Shown here: positions 1 through 12,600 of the stretch, one piece after another
Numbering within the stretch: the first letter of the stretch is position 1
Layout: every line of letters begins with the position of its first letter
Assembly: GCA_017654855.1 (NCBI GenBank)
Contig: CM030332.1
Location: 558,001 to 622,000 of the forward strand
Reading direction: 5' to 3'
DNA: 64,000 nucleotides
Source of the DNA: Podospora anserina
Taxonomy: Eukaryota
Notes under the pieces: model-generated
Seen by the model: the letters and a program-made list of their open reading frames with translations, nothing else
The model's database searches: none
Told to the model about the DNA's origin: nothing
Program-made: the position numbers and the translations under genes

Positions 1-92
1 GATATCTACCTCCTCAAAGCTGAACATCATTCGCTGCCCCAAACGCCTTTCCATGGTTCGAGCTCTTAGGGGGGAAGGAGAAAAAGACGCCA

Positions 93-1637
93 TTAAAAGA
101 CGGTAACAGCACTCACAAACCCACTTCTCAACACCTCAAACACCAAGCCCGGGTACCCATACAGTGTTGTCGTAGAGTCCTCACCCCCATCAAACTTGTT
201 ACCCATACCGGCCCCGGGTTCTTCCCACCCGCCCAGCATCTCTATACTGCTGCCCGGCGAATCACCCCAGCCGCGGTTCAGGACCATACCCCTCTGCTTC
301 TGCTGGGCTTCGCTCTCCGAGGCATACATCGACTTCCACTCCTCCTTCAACTTCTTCTCCAGATCTGGAAAGTATGTCTCCGAGTTTGGCACTTTGTCAT
401 CGTGATCTCCCTTGGCAAGATAGGCAATCTCCCACCTACACCGACGGTGCCGGTTGAACGGATAGGAACCCGGCACGTTGCCGTGCAAGATCAGCTTTGT
501 TGCCACCTGTCGGTGAGGGTTTGTGGATCTGACAAGTGGTCCAGGTAGTGACTTGCCGCTTGACGAAGGGGGAGTCTCTGACGGCTCTGTGGGCGTTGAA
601 ACCAGGATATCAAACCCAAGGTAAAAGTAATTGTAGAAACACTCCCCTGCTACATTAACAGCTTCGTCCTCGACAACCTCCTCCTCCTCCTCGTTGGATT
701 GATAGCCGTCAGAGTGGTTCAGAGATGACTGGTCCGTATCCGTCATGTCGTCCTTGAGATCCTTGCCGTTTGGTCTCCCGGCTGCGTTGCTTGCTGTCCT
801 CAACTTATGGATGTACATGCGCTGGTCATTCTTGCGATATATAGCATCTGGGGGCCCCAGTTCGGCTACTAGTTCCTGAGGGGTAGTCTCACCGAAGAAT
901 ATCCAGAACGAGTTGTTGGTCCATTTCCGAAAGAGCTGTACTTTACCACCACCGTGGAGTTTCACAAGCGACACCTCATCGGGGCAGACATCTTTACCCT
1001 TGTTTAGAGGGGCGAAAGTCTTGATGCTGGGGAGCACTTCTGTCCACATTGTCTTGCGAGCCTGTGCCCACGAGTCACCACTGAAGATGGCCATGGATTG
1101 GGGCACCGCCGTGGATGACAGCAAAGAGACAACATCCTTATTTGGCGAATACTGGGTCTTTTTCATGGGAAAGACGAAACCCACGCCCGGGTACGAGAGG
1201 ATGTACAATCCAGCATTTCCAGGCTTCTTCACGAACTCTCCACCATAAGTAGGGCCCAAGAAGCGTTGGTAAATGTGTCGGAATGTTGGTTCGGGCGTGC
1301 TGTCGGCCGCGGGGAGATCGCTCGGTGGCCGGACAAGGTCTCGCTCTTTATCATTTGCTGGCTTGAAGAATATGTGGTTTTTCGTAAAGTCGATGACTTC
1401 GATTAATCGGAGTCGTTGTTCTGGCCCGTCAAATTGCAACCGGAGACCGTTGGCCGGCAAGCCAACGATGGTTTCCTTTGTAACTGGAATTTGTGAATCG
1501 TAGATCAAGTCGATCTTGGGGAAACGTTGTGGTTCGGCTTTGATTCGTGTCAATATGTCATGGAGTGAGGCCCCGAGGACAAGAAATCCAAGGGCCCGCC
1601 CGGGATACAACTGGGCAGAGAAGAGGGACGACGACAT
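93..1637 (-). CDS. UPF0183/PHAF1 (C16orf70-like) family protein
   Basis: Long ORF. First ATG at 1637 (MSSSLFSAQLYPGRALGFLVLG). Family-type motifs: LRLQFDGPEQRLRLIEV, FLGPTYGGE, TTPQELVAELGPP, FYNYFYLGFDIL, LILHGNVPGSYPFNRHRRCRW. Confidence 0.85.
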   Translation of the reverse strand: MSSSLFSAQLYPGRALGFLVLGASLHDILTRIKAEPQRFPKIDLIYDSQIPVTKETIVGLPANGLRLQFDGPEQRLRLIEVIDFTKNHIFFKPANDKERDLVRPPSDLPAADSTPEPTFRHIYQRFLGPTYGGEFVKKPGNAGLYILSYPGVGFVFPMKKTQYSPNKDVVSLLSSTAVPQSMAIFSGDSWAQARKTMWTEVLPSIKTFAPLNKGKDVCPDEVSLVKLHGGGKVQLFRKWTNNSFWIFFGETTPQELVAELGPPDAIYRKNDQRMYIHKLRTASNAAGRPNGKDLKDDMTDTDQSSLNHSDGYQSNEEEEEVVEDEAVNVAGECFYNYFYLGFDILVSTPTEPSETPPSSSGKSLPGPLVRSTNPHRQVATKLILHGNVPGSYPFNRHRRCRWEIAYLAKGDHDDKVPNSETYFPDLEKKLKEEWKSMYASESEAQQKQRGMVLNRGWGDSPGSSIEMLGGWEEPGAGMGNKFDGGEDSTTTLYGYPGLVFEVLRSGFVSAVTVF

Positions 1638-2400
1638 TGCGAATAGCTTTAGCAGCGGATTAACGCCAGAAGTATTGATGAATGATGCTGATGCAAAAAG
1701 CGGACGCCTAACCTCGTAGGGAAGACGAGGACTCGAGCGCCGTACTTGATGGAAAGAGTACTTCGTAACCAAGACAAGTTCCAAAAGATATGTCGATGCG
1801 ACGCAAGAGACAATTTAAGATAACTGGATCACTCGTGACAAAGGCACTGGAGTATTGTAAAACTTTGCTTGCAGCCACTGAGCAGCTGGCGGGATCACGA
1901 GGCAGTCGCGCTGGAGCTCAGTGCTCACATGGGACGGACGGTGTAGGGGACCGCTCCAGCGGTACGTCATCCCGGCAGACAGATAAGGATAGCGAACGAT
2001 AACGAGCGATAGAGGGGCAGGTGGGGTCCAATCCGCAGCTGTCACTCGGCGGAGAAGTAAGCCGAATTGGTTGCTGCAGCAATAGCTTCTTGGCCTGCAG
2101 AGTTGTTTACGATCGCGCCCTCCAACCCCGGTCCAGGTCCCCACTTCGGGACATGCCATTTTTGCAATGGCAGCAGCGACGTGGACGAGCCACAGACCAC
2201 ACCCTGTCCCGCAGCAAAGAGGCACCAAGGCTCATCACTGTTGAGACCCTGTCTTGGAGTTCTGGGTGGCTTTTAGTTTTTGTGGTTTTTTATGATATCC
2301 AGTCTTTCTTTTCCCGTCACACCAACACGCGACTAAACAAACACACGAGATCAAGCAGCACGATACCCGGCTCCTTCCCATGGAGCGCCGAAATACCTCG

Positions 2401-5400
2401 ATGGCGCCTCCACCCTCGAGGGCCGGAGGCGCTGCCAGTCGATCGAGCATACGGCCACCAGCAACTCGAGGAGGAGCTAGACCAGGCGTAACGCGACACG
2501 CGTCTTCAGCGATGTCGCGACTTCAACGACCATCCTCACCAACCGAGTCGCTGATGTCGGTAGCAACGACAGCCACGGCAGGCGCTAAGCGCAAAGAACG
2601 CGATTTCGACCCCGACGATGGAGAGGCTACCAACATCAACGTTGTCGTGCGGTGCCGAGGGCGCAATGAGCGGGAGGTCAAGGAAAATAGCGCTGTGGTC
2701 GTTGGAACGGAAGCGACAAGAGGGAAAATTGTTGAACTGTCAATGGGTCCAAACGCGGTCAGCAACAAGACATACAATTTCGATCATGTTTTCTCGCAGG
2801 CGGCCGATCAGGTTATGGTGTTTGAGGATGTGGTGAAGCCGATTTTGGACGAGGTAAGGAGTGTCAGTAACGCGCCGGAGATATCCGCTGACCATGATAC
2901 CACGATGCGCAGATGATGTCTGGCTATAACTGCACAATTTTTGCCTACGGGCAGACGGGCACCGGCAAGACGTACACGATGTCAGGCGACATGACGGAAA
3001 CGATGGGCATGCTGTCTGATAATGCAGGCATCATTCCCCGAGTACTTCAAGCCCTGTTCGCTAAGCTCGAGCTGGAGGAGAAGGACCATTGTGTGCGCTG
3101 CTCCTTCATCGAGCTGTACAACGAAGAACTACGGGATCTGCTCGGTACCGATGAGAGCACCAAGCTCAAGATTTACGACGATAACTCGAAGAAGGGCCAC
3201 TCGACCACGATGGTTCAGGGAATGGAGGAAAGGCATATCTTGAGTGCGACGGACGGTCTCAAATGGCTCCAGGAGGGTAGTTTGAAGCGCCAGGTGGCAG
3301 CCACAAAGTGCAACGATCTCAGCAGCAGAAGTCATACCGTGTTTACGATCACTCTATATGCCAAGCGTCAAACGGGCGAGAATGGAGACGATTACTTGAT
3401 GGCAGGCAAGCTGAATCTGGTCGATCTGGCTGGTAGCGAGAATATTCAACGATCCGGAGCAGAGAACAAGCGCGCTGCTGAGGCGGGACTTATCAACAAG
3501 AGTTTGCTTACCCTTGGGCGAGTAATCAACGCCCTGGTCGATCGAAGCCCTCATATCCCATACAGAGAGTCGAAGCTCACTCGTCTACTGCAAGACTCGC
3601 TAGGTGGACGGACAAAGACATGCATTATTGCCACAATATCGCCAGCAAAGGTCAACCTTGAAGAAACGATATCAACACTGGATTATGCGTTCAGAGCAAA
3701 GAATATCCGAAACAAACCACAGCTCAATGCGTTGATCAACAAAAAGACACTGTTGCGAGACTTTACCACCGAGATTGAACGGTTGAAAGGCGAGCTCATC
3801 GCCACCCGTCAACGAAACGGTGTCTATCTATCGAACGATGCGTACGAAGAATTGACAGTGCAGAACGAGTCTCGCAGAATCTTAACGGAGGAGCAAGCTG
3901 CCAAGATAGAGACTTTGGAAAACAACCTGCGCAACAAGGTGCAGGAGCTGTTTTCCCTGACATCGAGCTTCGTGGGACTGAAGAAGGACCACGAGGGAAC
4001 ACTGGGTCAATTGGACGATACCAAGGGCGTCCTGGAGCAGACCGAGATAGTGTTGGCGGCTACCAGGAAGGGACTGGCGGAGGAGACGCATATTCGAAAA
4101 GCACACCAGGCAACCGAACAGCGGTTGACAGCTGTTAGCAACGAGCTCCTCAACTATCTTGGGAGGACGGTTAATGACGTCGATGGCTTGCATGCAAAGA
4201 ACCAACGAAAGTCGGATCTTCATGATTTCAACCGGGAAACATGGGGCATAGCACAGGCTCATGTCACGGATATCACGGAGATGGTGGAAAGTCGCATCGC
4301 GCAGTTCCGAAAAGGGCAGGAGGATCACATTTCGAACATTTCCGGCCGTATGCAGGATTTTGTCCAGGAAGAGCTTGAAAAGCTGACAAGCACACAAAAC
4401 TTTCTTGACGAAAACCTGGCTTTGTTCACCGAATCCAAGCAACATCTGTTGGAAAGGAAACAGCAATCCAAGGAGGAGATGGATTCAGTACTCGAGGAGA
4501 TCAAGGTTGTGCGAGACAATGTGAAGCAAAGGGTTGGTGAAAGCCTCCAAGCCATTGCTGGTGCTGCGGAGAAGATTGCTGGAGATGTCCTTAGCGAGCT
4601 GAGCACCTTCCACAACCAACTCCACACGTCTTACAGCTCTCTTGGGAAGGAATTCAAGGGGATATTTGAAGAGCTTTTGGGGAATATCAGTGCTCAAAAG
4701 GCAGAGTCTGATAGGCTCAGACAAGAACTGGAGGCAGCAACGCAGACGATCGTTGAGTCTAACGAGTCCGTGTCGGACAGGATACAGGAGGTTTTGGAGG
4801 AGGAAAGGAAACAGGCGGCCATTGAAAGGCAACAGTTGTTGTCACAGATCACTAGGCTTATCAACTCGCAGGCTCAGCTGCAGGAGTCTCGGTTGGTTGA
4901 TAAGGCGTCTACTATCCAGGACAGCATCAAGGACACAAATAAGACGTTCAAGAGCAACGTTGCGGGTTACAGAGAGGGTATGAACGCATGGAACGCCAAG
5001 GATAGCCAGCTTCTGGAGGAGATTGCGCAGTCGAGAGATGTGCTCAAGACCAGGCTTAAGGATGACTGGACGGTATGTTATTTTCTGCAAGTTAATCAGG
5101 GACTGGCACTGACGTTTTCCAGGCTGCGAACAAGCACAGTACATCGATCCAGGAGACGACCAAATCTGTACATGCAGAGACCGTTCGTGTTGTCGACGAG
5201 CAGCTGGAAGATCTCGACGTTCAAATGCAAGATCTCGACGACTTTGTCACCCGCGCCAAGTCCTACAATGCCCAGCAGAGCGAGCACCTTTCCGAAGCCG
5301 TATCAAATCTTAACAACACTGTTGAGCAGTCCTTTGATAACATTTCCGGACATTGTAAGGCGACGTTCGGCAGAGTTGAGGATCTTGGTCAGCAGATGGA

Positions 5401-6064
5401 AGTCGATGTCCAGCGATTCCACAACGCCCTCGCGCCCCTCGACGAAGAGGTTATTCAGCCACTGTCGGAGCTCAGAGAGGACATCAGAGCCACCGAGTTC
5501 AAAGAGTACGAGCCGACGGGGACAACTCCCCCGAAGGTCCAGTACCAGTACCCAACCGAACTTCCTCAGACAGCCGACCACGCCGCCTTGTTGGCTGATA
5601 TGCGCGATGCTCCAACACCGAGCAGAGGCGCCCCCGTCAGCAGCGTTCTGCCCAACGTCAGCTTCACACCACCATCAGCTGTCAGAACGCCCTCCCGCCT
5701 GCCAGTTGGATTAGCTTCCCCGAGCCGTTTCTCGGAAAGCGCCAGCAAGATCCCTCCCGGTGGAAGTCTTCGAGAAGTCAACCCCAACGTGCCGTCCAGC
5801 GCTACGACCCCCAACAACACCAACGCTCAGGTTTTCGATTCGGCATCTAGTGTTTTGTCGCTTCCGACTGTTAAGGAGGACGGGGACGACGATGTGACGA
5901 TTACCAAGCTCAAGGCACCCGCAGCTACTGGTCCGCCAAGGACGAGGTCGTCGAGGCTGGCGAGGAAGCCGATGGGCGGGGTGGGACAGGGACCGGAAAA
6001 CATTCCGCCTCCTGCGGCTGCGATGAGGAGTTCGACTAGGAGGAAGAGTCCGCGGTTGAGGTGA
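2401..6064 (+). CDS. bimC: Kinesin-5 (BimC/Kip1/Eg5 family) spindle motor; exons 2401-2853, 2913-5072, 5123-6064
   Basis: P-loop GQTGTGKT, SSRSH, DLAGSE and HIPYRESKLTRLL motifs, a coiled-coil stalk, and the C-terminal BimC box PTGTTPPK. GT-AG introns 2854-2912 and 5073-5122 join the frames. Confidence 0.95.
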
Positions 6065-6224
6065 TTTGGGTTAACCATTCGTTCTTCGTTTTCTTTTGTG
6101 GTATTGGTTTTGATTGTATGGAGTTGGGAGGAATTGTGAGTTGGTGGGTGAATAGGTATATAGTGGCTATTACTGAGGGTCTTCGGTGGTGAAAAGGGGC
6201 AGGGTGGGAGGAAAAGTAGGACAA

Positions 6225-6235
6225 GTTGTTGTTAA

Positions 6236-6293
<58 letters not shown>

Positions 6294-6300
6294 GGTTGTT
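6225..6300. repeat. (GTT)n microsatellite between convergent 3' ends
   Basis: About 25 GTT units with two small interruptions. Confidence 0.95.
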
Positions 6301-6513
6301 GGCTACTACTCATTATGGGTTAGGATTGTATATGGTTTTTTTGCTGCTGTTTTTTTCCTTCACTCGAAGGCAAAGCAACTGATACCCCCTTTTTGTCGAG
6401 TTAAATATGGATTGTTACACGTCGGTGTGGATGGTCGGGTTCGTTCATATGAAAGTGAAAGAAGTTTTGTATATTTTCTATCAAACTCTCATCCTTGTGC
6501 AAATTTGGTCTGA

Positions 6514-7314
6514 TCAGTTTTGCTCCTTTTCCAACGCGGCAAACTGTCTTTCCACCTCTTCGGCAAAATCTCCCAAGGTCTCAAACGTCCACTCGAAGGC
6601 TACCTTGCCCTTGCGGGACAGCTCCTCCAGGTTGCCGCCCGTGCCGTAGTTCTTGGGATCAGTCCCCCCTCTCGCGATAAACACGCTCCTCAACCCGACC
6701 TCCTTGGCAGGCACATGATCAGCCGTCAGACTCCTCGCCACATGGAGCAGTTCCCCTTTGGCCTTATCCACCCCCAGCTCCTCCCTGGCGTGTTTGAACA
6801 GGTACTCAAAGTTATGCAGGGAGGGTTTGTAACTCCCGATTTTTTGCGCGGTGTACACCGCATCAAATCTCACCTTGCCCTTCAGGGAATTGCTGATCGT
6901 TGATGCGATGTTGTCGTCGTTGACGTTGGAGAGGACGATGAGCTTGTAGTGCTTGGCGAGAATTTGCAGCGCTTGGATGGTGTCGGGGAAGGGAGACCAG
7001 CGGCCGGGTCCGGAGCCTGCGTTGAGGGCGTCGGACTCGTCAAAGGGGACGTTGACCTCGCGGGCTAGGAGGCGGAAGCATTCGGAGAGGGTGAGGTTGT
7101 AGGGGAGGGTGGGCTGGGTTTTCCAGAGGTGGACTTGGTGGTGGTCGAAGCGTTGGACTGCGGAGAGGGGGGTTGCGTTGAGGGGGTGGGAAGGGGGGAG
7201 TTGGGAGGTTATGGGGGTGAGGTCGGTGGTGAGGCCGGTTTCCCAGTCTATGAGGGTGCCGTAGCAGTCGAAGGAGAGGGCTTTGAAGGTTGTGAGGGGG
7301 GGTGGTGGTGACAT
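6514..7314 (-). CDS. HAD-superfamily hydrolase (haloacid dehalogenase type II-like)
   Basis: Motif I FDCYGTLIDWE, motif II LSNV, YKP, and LHVARSLTADHVPA; intronless 266 aa. Confidence 0.9.
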   Translation of the reverse strand: MSPPPPLTTFKALSFDCYGTLIDWETGLTTDLTPITSQLPPSHPLNATPLSAVQRFDHHQVHLWKTQPTLPYNLTLSECFRLLAREVNVPFDESDALNAGSGPGRWSPFPDTIQALQILAKHYKLIVLSNVNDDNIASTISNSLKGKVRFDAVYTAQKIGSYKPSLHNFEYLFKHAREELGVDKAKGELLHVARSLTADHVPAKEVGLRSVFIARGGTDPKNYGTGGNLEELSRKGKVAFEWTFETLGDFAEEVERQFAALEKEQN

Positions 7315-7944
7315 TGTGGGTGAGTGAGGGGATAGTGAGAGTGAGACGCTGAGTTGGAGGGGTGATGACGGAGACTTTGAACTTTGAGGCAGAGGAAGCA
7401 GATAGAGGTTTATATGAAAATGCCAATGGGCATCATGTTGATGATATCATGTGTTACCTTATTGCCGGTCAAGAGGATCTCGCCTACAATGTACACCCGC
7501 ACTATCACCGTCCATGTCCAGGCACTTGACCTGATTTGGGCCGGCGAGCAACAGTCTTGCAGTTTGCATCATTAGCTTTCCCTTTCACTGGCCGGCCGAC
7601 TCACACCTGCCTTCCTGTTCCGGCTGCAACGCTCCCAATAATTGTGGGCTCGACCTCTCCTACATGTCTTCTGAACCCCTTCCTTCGATAACCACCACGG
7701 TGTTAAAACGGACATACAACGCCACACGGATATAAGCGCACGCCGTTTTCCAACAAGGCGCGCCCAGAACAATGCATTTCCACATATCTGTTCAACAACT
7801 TAGTTTCCTCGATGGCGAGCATCATGAAAGGCGCATGTTCTCCCGTGGAGGAAGTGCAAAAAATGGAAGGACCCCTCACTCGCTCCTTCCAATTATCATC
7901 AGTATTAAGTGCTATCACGACATCACAACTCCAACAAATCATAC

Positions 7945-8056
7945 GGTGAGATGGCCGAGCGGTCTAAGGCGCCACGTTAAGGTCTTCCTTAATCAACATC
8001 TTCTAGCAAAGATTCCGTGGTCCGAAAGGGCGTGGGTTCGAATCCCACTCTCATCA
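7945..8056 (+). tRNA. tRNA-Leu(AAG) with 32-nt intron (7983-8014)
   Basis: Acceptor stem GGTGAGA/TCTCATC, D arm GCCGAGCGGTCTAAGGC, anticodon stem CCACG/CGTGG with TT-AAG-G, long variable arm TCCGAAAGGG, T arm GTGGGTTCGAATCCCAC, downstream T-runs. Confidence 0.95.
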
Positions 8057-8364
8057 TACTCTTTTGCTACATTCTCCAGTGCCTCTTTTTTTGCATTCTC
8101 CACTTATGTGCTCTTGCAAACCTGATTCATGGCTGGGATGTGTGTGGTGATGGTGCATCTTTTTGTCTTGATTTAAGAGCTTGCCGGGGCTTGATATGAC
8201 AAGTATGGATATATGAGAGATCAGACCAACTCGACGAGGCACCAAATCAATGAGAACATGCGAGACTTATACATTGTGTGTCGTTGCTTCTAAATGCTTT
8301 GAGGGGAATCATTTTGTAAACCTTTCTAACCCCGAGTTCAGCCCTGAACGCCGTATATGCTTTT

Positions 8365-9654
8365 TCATAGTTCATCAAACATGCTTGAGAGAAACGCCCC
8401 AGCGGCACCCAAGCCACCTACTGCGAGAGCAGGCTGATCCCATCGTTGTACCAAGGCTCCGAATCGGGGCAAGGTCTGCCAATACCAGACAGCGCCCATT
8501 GTGAGAGCTGTTATCCCAAGTCCTGCGAAGACAAGTCTGTCCCGACTAGGCCCCTGTTTGACGCCTTTGTATTCCAGCACTTGTTTCCTCCTCTTTTCAG
8601 CCCACCACCTTCTCCACACCTCTCCGATCCATGGCACTTCATACATAACTCCATGCCCAAGTCTCTGGTAAAGCTTGAGCCCTAAACCATGTGCCTCCGT
8701 CCCCTCGTCGACCCAAGGCAAACTCTCCCATCCTCTTGGCCCAGGACCAAAAGTCTCCCTCCCACAGTCTTCCACAAACTCAACCAGCCCCGTATACTTT
8801 TGCCTTGTCACCTCCGCCAACCACCTCCTCGGCACCCCCTCATCAACAATCATCAAACTAACCCACCCCAACACAGCACACCTCGCCCCCATCGTCAACT
8901 TGGCCCACTCAACCTCCCCAATAACATCCAGCACATCCTTGGCCAACCCCTCCAACTTAATTCTCCTCTTCTCCTCCGGCGTCATAACCTCCCCAACCGT
9001 ACTCGGCCCCCTCGTCAAACTAGCCGGGATGGATATCCACCCCGCCCTCCTCGCAGCAGCAGCTTCTTGTTCTTCCTTTTCCGTCTCGACGTCCGTGTCA
9101 AGCGATGACATGCCTAGGTGTTCCGCCCGGGCAGACATTGTCTGTCGGAGCTGGGCTGGTTCTGTCCATGGCAGCGGCATAGGCAGGATCTTGCTGTAGG
9201 CTGGGCGGGTGCTCGCTGCCCAGTTGGCGGAGGAGACGTAGAGGTAGAGGGCTATGAGGGGGGTTGCGTTGGCGGATAGGAATGTAGTGTAGGCTTTGCT
9301 GTCGGCTTGGATGGTGGGTGTTGGGGGTGGGAAGGTGGCATCGTGGAAGGAGGGTGGGGGGTGGGTTTGGAGGTGGCGGAGGATGGAGGTGTAGCCTGAT
9401 ATCCAAGTTCGGGTGGATGGGTCGTGGAGGGCGGGGAGGTGGTCTGTTTGTTTGTGTGAGTTAGTTATAGCTTCTAGAAAAGAGGGAATGGCAGGGCCAA
9501 ACATACGGGTTGGTACAGCTGAGGGGCTGGATTGTATGAGTTGGTAATCGGCTTTACTTGTGGTCTGAGCGAGATAAGCGATGGCGGCGATACACTCTGC
9601 ATCGATGGACGGCAGCCCGAAGGCAGGGCCCCAGACGTAAAGCTGGAGGGCCAT
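8365..9654 (-). CDS. SAM37: Mitochondrial SAM complex subunit Sam37/metaxin-like; in-frame intron 9444-9506
   Basis: N-terminal LYVWGPAFGLPSIDAECIAAIAY metaxin motif and C-terminal TM segment. A 63-nt GTATGT..CTAAC..CAG intron is read through in the ORF track. Confidence 0.85.
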   Translation of the reverse strand: MALQLYVWGPAFGLPSIDAECIAAIAYLAQTTSKADYQLIQSSPSAVPTRMFGPAIPSFLEAITNSHKQTDHLPALHDPSTRTWISGYTSILRHLQTHPPPSFHDATFPPPTPTIQADSKAYTTFLSANATPLIALYLYVSSANWAASTRPAYSKILPMPLPWTEPAQLRQTMSARAEHLGMSSLDTDVETEKEEQEAAAARRAGWISIPASLTRGPSTVGEVMTPEEKRRIKLEGLAKDVLDVIGEVEWAKLTMGARCAVLGWVSLMIVDEGVPRRWLAEVTRQKYTGLVEFVEDCGRETFGPGPRGWESLPWVDEGTEAHGLGLKLYQRLGHGVMYEVPWIGEVWRRWWAEKRRKQVLEYKGVKQGPSRDRLVFAGLGITALTMGAVWYWQTLPRFGALVQRWDQPALAVGGLGAAGAFLSSMFDEL

Positions 9655-12600
9655 GATACTGATTTTTCAGAATAACGCACCCACCAGTCGTAAATAATTT
9701 ACGTCGCGCACCTCAATGACCAACAGCTTGGAGCGTGTTGAGAGAATGCACGTCCTCACGTGGCGATAAGAGCTTACCCCTCCATTCAGGGTCCTGATAA
9801 ACTGGACATTTTCCAGAAAACACCAGGGCTTTGGTTTCGGAAATCGTAAATTCAGAGTGTGGGGAAGATTTCGTTCCCGCTCCTGCCGCTGCGCCCAAAC
9901 GACTCCACCAGCACCGCCCGGGAGAGATCATCGGCACCAGATGCATTGTCAGCAGCATGAACCCCAATTTCACTCGTTTCAGCATCCCACACTTCCTCTC
10001 CGATCTCGTTCCTGTCACTTCTTCTTCCTGTCAACTTGAAGCGATGCGCGTGATCAACCTCAAACCAGACTACCTAGAGCTCCGTAAAACAAATACCTCA
10101 AAGGCTCTGGTCGGCAGAAACCGAGTTTCATGTGCCCGAGATCGCATCAATCACAGCTGCCAAAAACCTGTCAATGACGTATCTCCCTTCTTGTCAACCA
10201 CTTCAACCCCTGGGATCTAGCCTCTTTTTCCCTTCTTCTTGGCCACTTTTGTTGCGCCTCGGCAACCACCACCACCACCACTGAGCACTGATCACCGCCG
10301 AGCCCAAAAGTTCCGACAGACAAGAACGCAACCAAACTTCGCTCCTCCAAAGAAAGAAGCGCCCCTTTCCCAAAAGGGGCAAAAATGGGACAGTTCCATT
10401 TTCGACAATGTCGCTTTCCATTTTCGTTCAGCTTCAACCATGCCAAGACAAGACTCAATCTCGTGAGCACAAACCACCCCCAGGAAAATGGTCAGTCTTG
10501 GGGAGTCTTGGAGGGTCTTGGACCAGCACTTGGTATCATCGTCTGCTCGTAAAAGTCGCCAGTCTCAGTCAGGAGGACGACATATCAACCCCGAACTCCG
10601 TTCCCGTTCGCGGGCCATGTTTCCGCCCGAATCTATCCGCTACCCGAGATCAGCTGCTCCATTCACAAGTGCTTCCTCTTGAACCCTCAACCACTGATGA
10701 TCCTACGGGGCATCAAATAGATGGTTGGGCTTGGCTCCTCCCCCTTCGGCTTCGGATGCGGGGGGTTGGTGGTTGGGCGGAGGATGCTACTGCACGAAAT
10801 AATTTAACAAACATGCAGGTCATGGTCTTGAAGGCCTCAACATCGAGCCACTTTTGGGGGTGGAAGAGTCAAGTATAGTAGTACGATGTGTGGGATGATG
10901 TCGTCGTGGCCTCCCCTTGGGGATCACATTCAGAAGGTAGGAAATATACCTGATCAAGACAACCCGAGCCGACCTGGAAATTGCTGCAGAGGCACACACA
11001 GCCTCCCTCTTTGGTGGTGATGGTGGTTGGCTGAGTCGTCTCATCTTGAGAAGCAGCGAAAGCAACGCTGGTGACAGTGACAACAAATGCCGCCCGATCG
11101 ACCGATATGCCCGCCGTCCGATGGCCGATCTCGTCTGCCTGATGAAAACCGTATCCACGTGGGTGAGCTGTTGTTGAAAGAGGAAAAGTGAGAAGAGCCC
11201 CTCTTTGACATGTGCTTGCGATGATGGGGTCCCCATTTCATGAATATGATATCGCGCGCTGGCGATATCTCCTAGCCTCTCTCCCTTGGTCCAACCGTCT
11301 CACTAATACGATAACTAGTATCCGCCCTCAAGAAGAAAAGCTCCTCTTTGATATCATGTCATTCAAGCCCTTTCAATCCCGTGCAAAAGTCCCGGAGCTA
11401 TTGGCAATGCCATTGAGGTCCAAAACACAGATCAAGGGCCGTTTAAACTTGATCACCCCTACTGTCCTGATGATACCCTACCCCTTCCACTTGTACGAAA
11501 ACAGCCCGACCTTGCGAGATCGCGTTCGTCGTCCAAGCGCGAAGTACCGGCGGCTTTTGTGGGTTGGGTATCATGCTCTCTCTTTTCGTTTTCCGTACTT
11601 GCTTTTGCGCCCTTGGCTCGTAACATTTTGTCGCGAGCGAGTCGTGTGTGTTTGGGGGAAGGGATATGTACATGAACAATACCCCCTCGCGGTACCATAC
11701 ATACAGTTGAGTTAACTCCAGGCACGCGAACCTGAAGTTTTTTTTTGGCTAGGTAGGTAGGTTCCACCTTGACAAAAAACAGAAACATGTCCCAAAAAGA
11801 ATAAAGTGTTGTTGCATGTGATCAATTTTTAATTATTATTTTTTTTTTTTGGGGGGATGTGTTTGCCGCCAAATGCGCGCCATAATAAGTTGAGAATGAT
11901 GCAAGCCGATGTTGCAGTGACAGAGGGGGAGGGGGGACCACAAGAATCATACATGACTCCACTGTGTATTGAGAGGCAGAGAGAGAGAGACTTCAATTCG
12001 ACAAGTTCTCAAACTGGATAAACTCAGTGAAGTCGGAAGGGGAAGGGGAAGGGGGTCGGTGGTGGATTGAACGACGAACCAAGACGTAGCAATTACCACT
12101 CTTCAACTGAGACCCCCACGCAATGTTCAGGGCGCCAAGTTGCAGAGAACCAAGATGAGGTTTTGATTGAGAAATGCATTGAATGCCCCGTGGGCCGATG
12201 AATATCGGGGGTGGATCATGGTGTTGAAACTCTCTTCTTGCGGATTTCCGCTTTCTGTTCTTCTTGCATGTGTCTGTGGATGAGGTGGGTGGGCGGGTGG
12301 TGGTGGTGGTTTTCTTGCGCTTCGGTCCGTGTGATCTATGGAGTCTCAAAAGGTTAGCGCCAAATTGTCAAATAAAACCCGCGGCAGAATTACGATGAGA
12401 TAATAAAAACAAGTTGTACCATGTTGGCGATTCATGAAGAACGGAGACACATTGGGCACAAATGCATGATATAGGATCTGTTGTTCAAAATATTGGGGGT
12501 TGGTAAATGGATAGTTTCTTGCATTGTTTGTGTCGCTCTCATTCATGAACATGAGAATAGCGAAACCAGAAAACTAAAGCTCCTCCCAAAAAAAAAACAG

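Noticed and set aside
1638-1784. TTG-initiated N-terminal extension of the UPF0183 gene
   Set aside because: Family-like sequence begins at the ATG at 1637; nothing supports non-AUG initiation.
6226-6513. Poly-Leu ORF resembling a signal or TM peptide
   Set aside because: Artefact of the (GTT)n microsatellite; starts at TTG and lies in convergent 3' UTRs.
10890-10955. Possible C/D snoRNA (ATGATG...CTGA)
   Set aside because: Imperfect C box, only about 60 nt, minimal terminal stem, and no recognisable rRNA guide.
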